Shown: positions 11,127 through 20,355 of the stretch, piece after piece | Layout of the letters: each line of letters begins with the position of its first letter | Position numbering within the stretch: position 1 is the stretch's first letter | DNA from: Vulcanimicrobiota bacterium | GTDB lineage: Bacteria; Vulcanimicrobiota; Vulcanimicrobiia; Vulcanimicrobiales; Vulcanimicrobiaceae | Direction: 5' to 3' | NCBI GenBank assembly: GCA_963733295.1 | Contig: CAVTCS010000003.1 | Location: 1,280,001-1,344,000 of the forward strand | Length of the DNA: 64,000 nucleotides | Made by a program: the position numbers and the translations under genes | The notes under the pieces: generated by a model | The model's input: the letters and a program-made list of their open reading frames with translations, nothing else | What the model was told of the DNA's origin: nothing | Databases searched by the model: none

Positions 11127-11295
11127 AACGAGGATCTCCTGGCGTCTCCAGTTTAGTTCGACTCGCTAAGTACCTGAGATAGAGCTACGCTGCTAACAAC
11201 CGGACCGCGCGGGTTTCGAGCCAGACAGCGTGACGCCGAGTAACTGTCTGACGCAGGCACTATAACACATCCATTGGCCAAAAAGGTTAAGGGCC

Positions 11296-11739
11296 TCAAA
11301 TCTTTTTGGCCATTGGCTGATGGAGGATGCCGGCGTCCCAGAGCTCCGGTCCGTCGTCGGTAAACCCCGCCAGGCGGTAGAAGCCGGCCGCGTGGACCTG
11401 CGCGTGCAGCCGCGCGACGCGGAAGCCGCGCCGCCGGGCCTCGGCCAGCAGTGCGGCCAGTACGGCCTTCCCGATCCCGCTGCCGCGCACCCCAGGCAAC
11501 ACCGCCATACGTCCGATTTGGATAACGCCCGGCTCCACGACGTAGAACCGCCCTGCCCCGACCGGTTCCGCGTCGAGCAAGGCCAGAGCGTGGACCGCCG
11601 CAGCGTCGTTACGGTCGTGATCGTCGATCTCGATTTCGAGCGGGACCCGCTGCTCTTCGACGAAAACGCGCTGCCGGATCGCGACGGCCCGGCCGAGCCG
11701 ATCCTCGTCGCCGATGTCGAAAAGTTCAACCGTGACCAT
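11296..11739 (-). CDS. GNAT N-acetyltransferase (YjcF/ElaA-like)
   Basis: IRQRVFVEEQ.VP, IGRMAV...RGSGIG, LHAQ..A.GFY. Confidence 0.9.
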   Translation of the reverse strand: MVTVELFDIGDEDRLGRAVAIRQRVFVEEQRVPLEIEIDDHDRNDAAAVHALALLDAEPVGAGRFYVVEPGVIQIGRMAVLPGVRGSGIGKAVLAALLAEARRRGFRVARLHAQVHAAGFYRLAGFTDDGPELWDAGILHQPMAKKI

Positions 11740-12646
11740 CGCCTGTGCCCTTTGCGTCGGAGCCGCGCGGGAACTCTACCTCGGTGCCGCCCTGGAAGCG
11801 ATCGCGCCCGTCGTCGACGTTCTGGTCGTCAACGACAACTCGGGCGAAGAGCGCAGCGCGAACCTCGACATCCTCGAAGCGAGCGCGTTCGCGTCGCGCG
11901 GAGCGCTGCACGTCCGGCGCAACCCGTTCGTCAACTTCGCCGACATGCGAAACCGCGCGTTTGCCGGACTGCGCGAGCTGACGGCACCGCCCGACTGGGT
12001 ACTGTTCTTGGACGCCGATGAAGTCCACGGTCCTGAGTTGCCCTACATCGCTCGCAAAATCTTGCCGCGGCTCGGACCGAACGTCGCGCAGCTGGACGGG
12101 TACACGTACCACTTCTTCGGCACGTTTGACTGGATCACGGACGTCGCGCGACGCATGATGTTCTTCCGTTATTCGCCGCGCCTGCGCTGGGTCGGCGCCG
12201 TGCACGAGAAGCTCGTGGGCCTCGAGGGCAAGACCGTGGTGATTCCGTACGTTTACTACCACTACGGGAACGTCGTCCCGCCGCGGATGCTCGCCGAAAA
12301 ACATTTGCGCTATTTTGCGCTCGGCAATAAAGTGCCGCGACCGCCCGACGCCGATCGGGCCGACGCCGAAGTCTATCTCGTCAAGGCCGGCGAGGTTCGC
12401 CCCTTTCGCGGCGCGCATCCGCCGGCCGCGCGAGAGACGGTGGCCGAACTCGAACGGACGTATGTTACCGACCTGGCCTCACTCGACGCTGCCTTACGCG
12501 CACGGCGAACTCCTAGAACGACCCTGGTTTCGGCGCTGCGCGCGGCGAACGAGGGCCTGCGCGTGAAGCTGCGTTACGCCGAACGTCCCGGCTTCTTCGC
12601 ACCGCGTTCCCAGAGGGGACCGCTTCCCAGCGGCTCGAAGCTTTAG
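11714..12646 (+). CDS. GT2-family glycosyltransferase
   Basis: VVNDNS, FVNFADMRNRA, WVLFLDADE, W.G.VHE; start may be GTG 11732. Confidence 0.8.
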   Translation: MSKSSTVTIACALCVGAARELYLGAALEAIAPVVDVLVVNDNSGEERSANLDILEASAFASRGALHVRRNPFVNFADMRNRAFAGLRELTAPPDWVLFLDADEVHGPELPYIARKILPRLGPNVAQLDGYTYHFFGTFDWITDVARRMMFFRYSPRLRWVGAVHEKLVGLEGKTVVIPYVYYHYGNVVPPRMLAEKHLRYFALGNKVPRPPDADRADAEVYLVKAGEVRPFRGAHPPAARETVAELERTYVTDLASLDAALRARRTPRTTLVSALRAANEGLRVKLRYAERPGFFAPRSQRGPLPSGSKL

Positions 12647-12652
12647 CGCGCC

Positions 12653-12976
12653 ATGTGGCTTCGTCCGCGCTCGGCCCTCGCGCTCTTTACCGTGCTAGCG
12701 GCAACCTCCGCGGCTCAGGCCAATCCGGCGCCGCAGAGGGGCCACGGCGCCTTACCGGCCGCGCAGTCGCAGGCTCCCGGCCCATCGCTGCAGCTGCCGA
12801 TCGGTCATGCGCCGTTGCGCGTCAGCCAGCCGATGCAGCCCCTCCGTCCGCTCAGCTCGCCGCAGCGCAAATCCGAGCAGCAACCGAACAGCGTGCCCGG
12901 TTACAACCCGCTCAAGCGCCGGCACATGGCAATGCCGGTACTGCCGGGCGAAGACGGCTCCGCGCTCGCCTTCTAA
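12653..12976 (+). CDS. Hypothetical secreted Pro/Gln-rich protein
   Basis: Signal-peptide-like N-terminus ending AQA; fills the gap between GT2 and NUDIX genes. Confidence 0.45.
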   Translation: MWLRPRSALALFTVLAATSAAQANPAPQRGHGALPAAQSQAPGPSLQLPIGHAPLRVSQPMQPLRPLSSPQRKSEQQPNSVPGYNPLKRRHMAMPVLPGEDGSALAF

Positions 12977-13001
12977 CCGGACCGGCGCGCACATCACCCT
13001 C

Positions 13002-13448
13002 GTGACGGGCTTGCTCGAGCGCGCGGGCCGCGTGCTGCTCGTTGCATCGCGCTATCCGAATCAGCCGGTTCCTCTTTGGAATCTGCCCGGCGGCCGCCAG
13101 CGCAACGGCGAGCTTCTCGAGGAAGCGCTGCGCCGCGAATTCGCCGAGGAGACGAGCCTCGAAGCCGGCGTCGAGCGACTTCTTTACCTCAGCGAGTCCT
13201 ACGACCGCGCCACCGGCGAGCACTTCCTCAATGTCACCTTCGCCGTCAGCGCCGGCGGCGAGCCGCGGCTTACCGGAAACGACGCGCACGTCGTGGATCT
13301 GGCCTGGGTGGCGCCGGCCGAATTGCCTGCGCGGCTGAGCGTCGCGGTCGTGCGCGAACCGTTGCTCGCGACGCTGCGCGGCGAGTCGCGCCGCTACTTC
13401 GCCTTCGCGGACGCCGGCATCACGATCGAGTTCGCCGACCCGTCCTGA
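13002..13448 (+). CDS. NUDIX hydrolase
   Basis: Nudix box WNLPGGRQRNGELLEEALRREFAEETSL; start uncertain. Confidence 0.85.
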   Translation: MTGLLERAGRVLLVASRYPNQPVPLWNLPGGRQRNGELLEEALRREFAEETSLEAGVERLLYLSESYDRATGEHFLNVTFAVSAGGEPRLTGNDAHVVDLAWVAPAELPARLSVAVVREPLLATLRGESRRYFAFADAGITIEFADPS

Positions 13449-13996
13449 GCGGCGCGAAGCTCCGACCAGCGTTCGCGCTTCAACTCGAAGACGACGATGT
13501 CGACCGGCCGCCCGCGCACGATCGCGCCATTGCGCTGCAGGCGCGCCTCGCCGAAGCCGAGACCCAGCAGCAATCGGCGCGACGGGACGTTCGCCGGCAC
13601 GCAGCACGCCTCGATCTGCTCGAGCTCCGTTTGCTCGAACGCCGCATCGACCACCGCCGCGCTCGCTTCGCGCGCATAGCCGTGGCGCCGCTGCGGCGCA
13701 AGGATGCTGTAACCGAGTTCTGCGGTGCCGCGCACCTGATCTCCGACGCGCAGCGAAATCCAGCCCGACGCGATTCCGGAATCCCTGGACACGATCAGCC
13801 ATTCGAAGCGGCCCACCGCGCGCCCGTCGAAACTCTTGGGCCTTGCGGCGACGCGTTTCTCGAACTCTTGCCGCGTGAAGCGCGGTACGTCTTGAAATTC
13901 GCGCAACTGAGCGCCCTGCATGATGCGCCAGAGCACGACGGCGTTTTCGGTGGTCACTGCTTCCAGCGAGAGTCGCGGGGTTCGAATCGTCGTCAT
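13394..13996 (-). CDS. RimJ/RimL-type GNAT acetyltransferase
   Basis: IRTPRLSL, AELGYSI...RRHGYAREA, N.PS.RLL..LGF. Confidence 0.9.
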   Translation of the reverse strand: MTTIRTPRLSLEAVTTENAVVLWRIMQGAQLREFQDVPRFTRQEFEKRVAARPKSFDGRAVGRFEWLIVSRDSGIASGWISLRVGDQVRGTAELGYSILAPQRRHGYAREASAAVVDAAFEQTELEQIEACCVPANVPSRRLLLGLGFGEARLQRNGAIVRGRPVDIVVFELKRERWSELRAAQDGSANSIVMPASAKAK

Positions 13997-15684
13997 TTGG
14001 CAAAAGAGGCGTTGCGGAAGTCGGCGACTTTCGGTATTTCTCCGTTCTCGCTCGACGCGCTGCGAAAGAAAACGCGGTCGCCGGCCTTCGTCAACAAGAC
14101 TGCCGGATCGACGTTCCCGTCGACCGAAAAGATGCGGCGGCTGCCGCGCAGGGTGAAGTACAACATCCCGTTCGATCCGGCACCGATCCGGTCGATCTGA
14201 CCGAAGAAGGACTCAGCGCCGACCGAGCTGACCACCCCGGGGGCTCCCGGAGTGCCGACGCCGAGGAAGGCCGCATACTGAGCGAAGGCATCGTCCTGCG
14301 GGGAGCTGCTCGAGCTCGACCCGACGATGACGTGCCCGTTTTTAGCCTGCACGAGCGAGAGGGTCTGGTACTTTCCCGAATCCGCGACCAGCGGCACGAC
14401 CCACGTATTCTGCCCGAAGGCATTGTACAGCAGCGGTTGCGTCGGAATGAGCTTACCCTGGCGCACGATCGGGTTCGAGGCGACCGCGTATTCGGCGCCG
14501 CGCGAATTGAACTCTCCGCCAGACGAGGTATAGTAGGTGATTTCGCCGCTGACCGTGTCCATGTAGGTAAAACCCGTCATCGACTGGTCGGCGGCGGGCG
14601 ACGTGTGATCGACGAACCAGACGAAGCGCGGGCCTGCCAGCATCCCGAACACTTCGTCGCGCGCCGGGACGTGCACGTCGCGCTTGGTCACGAGGTAGTT
14701 CCACAAACCGTGCACGTACCGGCCGAACCACTCGTTATACGCGAGCGCGAGCTGGTCGGGATACACGCGGCTGACCCACTTCGGCAATGTCGCGAAGTCG
14801 CGCCGGTCGATGCGCTCCATCCGGCCCGTCGCCGGATCGACGATGACGACGCCGGTCACCTTCTGCCCGCTCCAACCAATCGTCGGCCTTCCGAGCGTGC
14901 AGAGGTACTGTGGAGCGCCGTCGGCGTCGAGCTGCAACGTCATCTCGAGGATCTGTTCGGTGCCGTAGGTCATGTACACGTGACGATAGAGGTTGTCGTT
15001 GAGCAGCGCTGACGGAATGTAGCGCATCGGCGCGCGCTGGCGGAGTTCAGAAGGCTGATCGGGATTCTCGGCGCTGACGACGATGACGCCGGGACTGGTG
15101 CGCCGGGCCAGCCATTGCACGAGCCCCTGAAACTCCAGCGGCGCAACCCAGACCAGGCGTCCGCTCTCGACTTGCACGTTGAAATCGCCGACGCGGTAGT
15201 AGGAACCGAGCTGACCGATGACCTTGTCGCCGGCAAAGATCGCCGCTTCTTCAGGCACGACTCGGATGTGTTTGAGGTCGGCGCTCGGCGGGAGCGTGTT
15301 GGAAATCTTCACGTCGGCCACGTCGCGCAGCCCGCTCGCGTCGACGATCGGCGCCAGCGCAAGTACGCCGGCAAACGCGCCGAGAAGCGCAAGCCCGATC
15401 AGATACGGCCAGTGCGGGGTACGTCTGATCGAGACGACCCGGCGTGCCACGACCGCGTCGCGCGCCGCGATCAGCACGCTGTAAGCGGCGTTCGGAATGA
15501 AGCTGAGCAGCAGCAGCGTCAGCGCTTGCGGAAAAACCAGCGGCGGCATCTTGACGTACGCATAGATCAGCAAGAGCGGGAAGCCGATCGCGAGACGGAA
15601 CCACTGACCCCGCCACCAGTTGCGTCCGAAGTCGAGGTTGACCAGACCGAGCGACATGAACGCCGCGGCGAGGAGAATTACCAC
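13993..15684 (-). CDS. Membrane-anchored hypothetical protein (4 N-terminal TMs plus large soluble domain)
   Basis: 563-aa ORF with hydrophobic N-terminal segments; its stop overlaps the GNAT start by 4 bp. Confidence 0.75.
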   Translation of the reverse strand: MVILLAAAFMSLGLVNLDFGRNWWRGQWFRLAIGFPLLLIYAYVKMPPLVFPQALTLLLLSFIPNAAYSVLIAARDAVVARRVVSIRRTPHWPYLIGLALLGAFAGVLALAPIVDASGLRDVADVKISNTLPPSADLKHIRVVPEEAAIFAGDKVIGQLGSYYRVGDFNVQVESGRLVWVAPLEFQGLVQWLARRTSPGVIVVSAENPDQPSELRQRAPMRYIPSALLNDNLYRHVYMTYGTEQILEMTLQLDADGAPQYLCTLGRPTIGWSGQKVTGVVIVDPATGRMERIDRRDFATLPKWVSRVYPDQLALAYNEWFGRYVHGLWNYLVTKRDVHVPARDEVFGMLAGPRFVWFVDHTSPAADQSMTGFTYMDTVSGEITYYTSSGGEFNSRGAEYAVASNPIVRQGKLIPTQPLLYNAFGQNTWVVPLVADSGKYQTLSLVQAKNGHVIVGSSSSSSPQDDAFAQYAAFLGVGTPGAPGVVSSVGAESFFGQIDRIGAGSNGMLYFTLRGSRRIFSVDGNVDPAVLLTKAGDRVFFRSASSENGEIPKVADFRNASFAK

Positions 15685-15725
15685 CGGCTTGCCGGCCGAA
15701 CTCGAGCGCGTGATCGAACGTGCGA

Positions 15726-16061
15726 ATGAACTCGCTCGCCGCCGGCCTGGCCGCCGCCGCTCCCTCCGAAGTCCGTTTCAACGGAACCGCCGAATCGAAG
15801 CCGCGCTTCTTCTTCGGCAGCGGGACGCAGGCATGGCATGAGGCTTTCGACGTGCTGAGCGACGACGGGCACCGCGTGGAAGTGGTCGATAACGTTTTGA
15901 TCGCGCCGCGAGTTCCGATCGCGCCGGGCGACCGCGTCGTCGTGCAGGGGGAGCTCGTGCCGGGCGCGGTTCGCGGGCCGCTGGTCCATTGGACGCATCA
16001 CGACCCCGCCGGACGCCACGAGGATGGATTCATCGAGCTGCACGGACGTCGCTACGCTTGA
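15726..16061 (+). CDS. DUF3465-like protein
   Basis: DN..IAPRVP...GD.V.V.GE and VHWTHHDP.GRHE.GFI. Confidence 0.75.
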   Translation: MNSLAAGLAAAAPSEVRFNGTAESKPRFFFGSGTQAWHEAFDVLSDDGHRVEVVDNVLIAPRVPIAPGDRVVVQGELVPGAVRGPLVHWTHHDPAGRHEDGFIELHGRRYA

Positions 16062-16821
16062 GCGCGAGGACCTTCTCGCGCGCCGTATCAGCCATCAATT
16101 GCGGAACCGTGACGAACCGGAAGCCTCGTGCCCGCAGCTGTTCGACGATGAGCCGCGTGGCTGCGACGTCCTGCGAGCGATCGCAGACGGTAGACGAAAT
16201 ATGGGCGGCCCGGCAAACGATGCCGCGGTTCCCGTCGTGCAGTACGATGATGCTTCCGTCGCCAACGTTGTCGAGAACGCGCTCCGCGATCGTCTCCCCG
16301 CCCGGCTGCTCCCAATCGTTGGGAAGCGGGACCGACCACATCACCACCGTATAGCCGAGCTGTCGCGCTTCACCGAGCACCGCAAAATCTCGCGCTCCGA
16401 AGGGCGGCCGCAGCAAGCGCGTGCGCACGCCGGCGGCGGCGAAGATCGCGTCGTCGGTTCGAGTGAGCTCGGACCGCATCGTCGCCGGCGTTTCCACGAG
16501 CAGATGCCGATGGTCCCACGTGTGGTTGCCGATGGCGTTACCTTCCCGAACGATGCGACGCACGACCGCAGGATCGGCGACGACGGCTCGGCCCACGACG
16601 AAGAAAGTCGCATGCACGCGCTCGGCGCGCAGCACGTCGAGGATGCGGTCGGTGTATGGCGGGTTGGGGCCGTCGTCGTAGGTCAATGCGACCTCGCGCC
16701 GGTCGAGCGGGCCGTTGACGACCGTTCGTCCGAAAATCTGGTTGGCCGGCGCCTCGACCGCCTGGTACCCGAGATAGAACGCTACCCCGAGCAGGCCCAC
16801 CAGAAGCGCGTACTTTTTCAC
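16030..16821 (-). CDS. Polysaccharide deacetylase (CE4/NodB)
   Basis: ALTYDDGP, IGNHTWDH, LRPPFG, IIVLHDG; GTG start in a GTGA overlap. Confidence 0.93.
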   Translation of the reverse strand: MKKYALLVGLLGVAFYLGYQAVEAPANQIFGRTVVNGPLDRREVALTYDDGPNPPYTDRILDVLRAERVHATFFVVGRAVVADPAVVRRIVREGNAIGNHTWDHRHLLVETPATMRSELTRTDDAIFAAAGVRTRLLRPPFGARDFAVLGEARQLGYTVVMWSVPLPNDWEQPGGETIAERVLDNVGDGSIIVLHDGNRGIVCRAAHISSTVCDRSQDVAATRLIVEQLRARGFRFVTVPQLMADTAREKVLALKRSDVRAAR

Positions 16822-17468
16822 GTTTTGCCCAGCAACTTCGCTTGCGCGGCCGCGATTTTCGCCCGGAACGCGTCGCTGCCGTACGCCTGGAATGCGTCGA
16901 CGATCTTCTGATAACGCGGCTCGACGAGCACCGTGCTCGACATCCGCAATAAATCCGGCACGGGCTTGTTGCGGTCGAGATGGATCGTATACTGATGCCC
17001 ACCCGTCGTCGCCCAGTAGTGCGGATCGGTAAACGCGAAATCGTGCGAGCCGTGTCTGCCGTTCGTCAGCTGATAAACCGCCACGGCGTAGCTCGTCGCG
17101 GTGTCGCCTCGCCGCGGCTTGGTAGGTAACTCCCAAATGCCGTCGGCAACCAGCTGGTCGAACAGAAACGGTACGTCCGTCGTCTCACGCGGGAGCGCTT
17201 CGACGCGAATCGAGAGGCCTTTCCGATTGACCGCCCGGTATTCGCTCGTCGAGAGCCGGTTAATGTCGTCCATGCGATACTCTTCCAGCGCGATCGGGCC
17301 GTTCTGATGATGAATCATTAAGCTCATCCGGATCTCCGACTGCGATGCGGCGACGCGGCGTGTGGCGGCGTAGCGTCCCCCTTCCTGCGTCACCATGAAC
17401 CATGCGCCCAATATGACGGCGAACAAACCTGCGAGGAACACCAAGGGCGGGACGGGATTGACGCGCAC
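16818..17468 (-). CDS. Hypothetical membrane-anchored protein
   Basis: N-terminal TM; coupled to the deacetylase start. Confidence 0.65.
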   Translation of the reverse strand: MRVNPVPPLVFLAGLFAVILGAWFMVTQEGGRYAATRRVAASQSEIRMSLMIHHQNGPIALEEYRMDDINRLSTSEYRAVNRKGLSIRVEALPRETTDVPFLFDQLVADGIWELPTKPRRGDTATSYAVAVYQLTNGRHGSHDFAFTDPHYWATTGGHQYTIHLDRNKPVPDLLRMSSTVLVEPRYQKIVDAFQAYGSDAFRAKIAAAQAKLLGKT

Positions 17469-17486
17469 GACCCGGGATCAGTTTCC

Positions 17487-17897
17487 TCAGCGGCCTGCCG
17501 CGGCCTCGTCGAGCAGGCGGTTCACGAGGGCGTCGGCCGCGGCATTGTCCTTTCGCCGCACGTGACCGATCTCGACGGAACGGAAGCGCCGCAGCAGGGC
17601 CTGCGCCTTGCGGTGCAGCGGGATCAAGTCGGCATGTTTGACCCGGTACACGCCGGTTAGCTGCCGCACGACGAGTTCGCTGTCCAGACGGACCACGAGA
17701 TCCTCGACCCCGAGTTCGAGTGCCGCCTCGAGCCCGGCCAGCAGGCCCTGCCATTCAGCCACGTTGTTCGTCGCGACCCCGAGGTACGCGCCCGCTTCAG
17801 CCAGCAACCGCCCGTCATCCGCAATCACAACCGCGCCGCCCGCAGCCGGTCCGGGATTTCCGCGCGAGCCGCCATCGGCGAAGAGCGTCGCCTTCAA
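17487..17897 (-). CDS. rnhA: Ribonuclease HI family protein
   Basis: ADGGSRGNPGPA, TNNVAEW, DSELVV.Q, N..AD; TTG start overlapping the MaoC stop. Confidence 0.9.
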   Translation of the reverse strand: MKATLFADGGSRGNPGPAAGGAVVIADDGRLLAEAGAYLGVATNNVAEWQGLLAGLEAALELGVEDLVVRLDSELVVRQLTGVYRVKHADLIPLHRKAQALLRRFRSVEIGHVRRKDNAAADALVNRLLDEAAAGR

Positions 17898-18319
17898 GCG
17901 GGGTCTTTCTGCTCCAACGCCTCGCCGTCGACGACGAGCACACCGTGTTGGTTCGTGCACGTGGTGCGACAGCGCAGCCGCCGCTTCTTCGCGTCGATCT
18001 CAATCACTTCGGTGCACGCCGTGATCGTGTCCCCTGGATACACCGGGCGCAAGAACCGCAGCGTCTGCGCCACCGAAATCCCGCCGGGTTTCTGCAGCAG
18101 CAATCCGTTCGTGGTCGAGATAAGACTCGCAGTCAAGAAACCGTGCGCGATTCTGCGTCCGAAACGCGTCGTCTTGGCATATTCTTCGTCGACGTGAACC
18201 GGATAGTTGTCGCCGCTCACCGCGGCAAACAGTGCGATCTCCGCTTCGCCGATCGTCTTGCTGAACGTGGCTTTGTCGCCCACCGCGAACGCTTCAAAAG
18301 ATTTAGACTCGTAAGACAC
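17894..18319 (-). CDS. MaoC-family dehydratase (R-specific enoyl-CoA hydratase-like)
   Basis: FAAVSGDNYPVHVD..YA..TRFG.RIAHG, QTLRFLRPV..GD. Confidence 0.92.
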   Translation of the reverse strand: MSYESKSFEAFAVGDKATFSKTIGEAEIALFAAVSGDNYPVHVDEEYAKTTRFGRRIAHGFLTASLISTTNGLLLQKPGGISVAQTLRFLRPVYPGDTITACTEVIEIDAKKRRLRCRTTCTNQHGVLVVDGEALEQKDPA

Positions 18320-18352
18320 GCGCCGAAGCTTCGCACGGCGGGTCGAATCGGC

Positions 18353-20350
18353 CTACGCACGACCGGCCGGAGATGCGAGTAAGCTCCAAGCCCGCAGCAC
18401 TTCGGCGACACTCCAGGCTTGAGCGATCGCGCCCTTCGGCGCGTAGGGCGCGTCGCCGTCGGCGAGTTCGCCGAGCGTTCCGAGAGCGTACCCGTCGAGT
18501 TGTCGTCCAAGCGCCGCAACGAACGACGCGGCGGTCTCGGGGTCGCCGTACGCGCGCGCGTGCGCGAGCGCGAACGGTCCCATCAGCCAAGGCCACACCG
18601 TACCTTGATGGTACGTACTATCGCGCTGAGCCGGGTCGCCCCGGTACGCCCCGCAATATCCCGCTTCGCCGGGCGCGAGCGTGCGCAGCCCGTAGGTCGT
18701 CACGAGCTCGCGCGCGCACGCTCCGACCACCGCTCGCTGTCGCTCTCCCGAAAGCGCGCTCTCGTTGAGTGAAACCGCGAACAGCTGATTCGGGCGAAAC
18801 GCCGCATCGGAACCGCTCGGTCCGTCGAGCACGTCGAATAAGAAGCTGCGCGTACCGTTCCAGAAGCGTTCGAAGCCGGCACGCGTTCGTTGCAGAGCAC
18901 GTTCGAAGCGCGCGCCGTCGTCGCGCGCCCCGAGTGTCGCGGCGAAGTCCGCCAGCGTGGCGAGCGCGTTCAGCCACAACGCCGCGATCTCGACGGGCTT
19001 TCCGTACCGCGGCGTGATCACGTGGTCGCCGACCTTCGCATCCATCCAGGTCAGTTGAACGCCCGGCTCGCCGGCGGCGATCAGCCCGTCCGCCGGATCT
19101 TCATGGATACCGAAACGCGTTCCAGCCGCGTACGCTTGCTGAATCGAACGCAGCACCGGATAGATCTCGTCCAGCAACGGGCGATCGCGCGTTGCGGCGA
19201 CGTAGGCGCGCACGGCCTCGACGAACCAGAGCGCCGCGTCGACGGTGTTGTACTCCGCTGCTGCGCCGGGGCCCGGAACCGTGTTGGGCAGCATGCCGCC
19301 GTCGACCAGCTTCGCGAACTCCCGCAAAACGTCGCGGGCAACGTCCGGCCGGCCGGTCGCAAGGGTCAGTCCGGGCAGCGCGATCATCGTATCGCGTCCC
19401 CAATCGCCGAACCAGTGATAGCCCGCGATCACCGTGGTCCCGGGCGGCGTCGCACGGTGCACGATGAACTGTGCGGCCGCCAGCACGAGCCGCTCGAACC
19501 AGGCCGGCGCCGCGCGCGCGACTTGGGATCGCGCGCCACGCCAGAGACGCAGTTTCTCGCCCGTTCGCGATCGTTCGCGCTCGAGCGGGTCGCCGCGCGC
19601 TTCGGGCGTTTCGCCGGCGCAGAGCGACAAGGTCGCGCTTTCGCCGGGCGCGAGGGTGAAGCGGAACGTCGCGACGTGAAGGTGGTCGTCGAGCGCATCC
19701 AGTCCGCGTTCGCGTTCGCGCGCCAACTCGTAGTTGAGGTACCACTCGTGCGCGAACTCGACGTCTCCGCGCTCGCAAGCGATCCGCAGCGGGACCGCTC
19801 CCCCGAACGCGATGACGCGCACGCCGCCGGCAGCCGGCTCGACTTCCATGCGCCAGTCGCCCGACCGCGTGAGCGAGTGGAAGTCGCGATAATTGACGAG
19901 CGCTTTGATCTCGAGCGTCAAGTCGCTCGCGGCGCGCGCGAGTTTGTAACGCACCCAGGTTAGATTCGCCCCCTGCTCCATCCAAACGCGCTTCTCGAGA
20001 AGGGCGTCGGCCAGCGCGAAGCTCCACACCGGCACGCCGTCGTCGAGGCGAAAGCGTTCGATGAGTCGATCGCCGCGTGGCTCGAGCGTTCCGTCGGCCC
20101 AGCGATTGACGAAGAGCGAATACTCCGCCGTTGCGCTGCGGACCGTTTCGTCAAACCGCGTTCCGAGCAGGGTTCGGCCCAGAGGCGGCTGCAGCGCTGC
20201 GACGAGCAACCCGTGATAGCGACGCGTCAGCATACCGGCGAGCGTGCCCGAAGCAAAGCCGCCCAGTCCGTTGGTTACTAGCCATTCGCGCCGCTCGGCG
20301 ACGCTTTCGTCCTTACAGACGGCGCGTCCGAAGTCGAGCCCCTCGCTCAC
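18353..20350 (-). CDS. Amylo-alpha-1,6-glucosidase (glycogen debranching enzyme)
   Basis: EWLVTNGLGGFASGT, AGYHWFGDWGRDTMI, QLTWMDAK, YHQGTVWPWL, QAWSVAE. Confidence 0.93.
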   Translation of the reverse strand: MSEGLDFGRAVCKDESVAERREWLVTNGLGGFASGTLAGMLTRRYHGLLVAALQPPLGRTLLGTRFDETVRSATAEYSLFVNRWADGTLEPRGDRLIERFRLDDGVPVWSFALADALLEKRVWMEQGANLTWVRYKLARAASDLTLEIKALVNYRDFHSLTRSGDWRMEVEPAAGGVRVIAFGGAVPLRIACERGDVEFAHEWYLNYELARERERGLDALDDHLHVATFRFTLAPGESATLSLCAGETPEARGDPLERERSRTGEKLRLWRGARSQVARAAPAWFERLVLAAAQFIVHRATPPGTTVIAGYHWFGDWGRDTMIALPGLTLATGRPDVARDVLREFAKLVDGGMLPNTVPGPGAAAEYNTVDAALWFVEAVRAYVAATRDRPLLDEIYPVLRSIQQAYAAGTRFGIHEDPADGLIAAGEPGVQLTWMDAKVGDHVITPRYGKPVEIAALWLNALATLADFAATLGARDDGARFERALQRTRAGFERFWNGTRSFLFDVLDGPSGSDAAFRPNQLFAVSLNESALSGERQRAVVGACARELVTTYGLRTLAPGEAGYCGAYRGDPAQRDSTYHQGTVWPWLMGPFALAHARAYGDPETAASFVAALGRQLDGYALGTLGELADGDAPYAPKGAIAQAWSVAEVLRAWSLLASPAGRA

Positions 20351-20355
20351 TCAGG

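Noticed and set aside
13394..13448. Convergent 3' overlaps (also 16030-16061 and 36601-36626)
   Set aside because: Short tail-to-tail overlaps are common in compact GC-rich genomes; no further signal.
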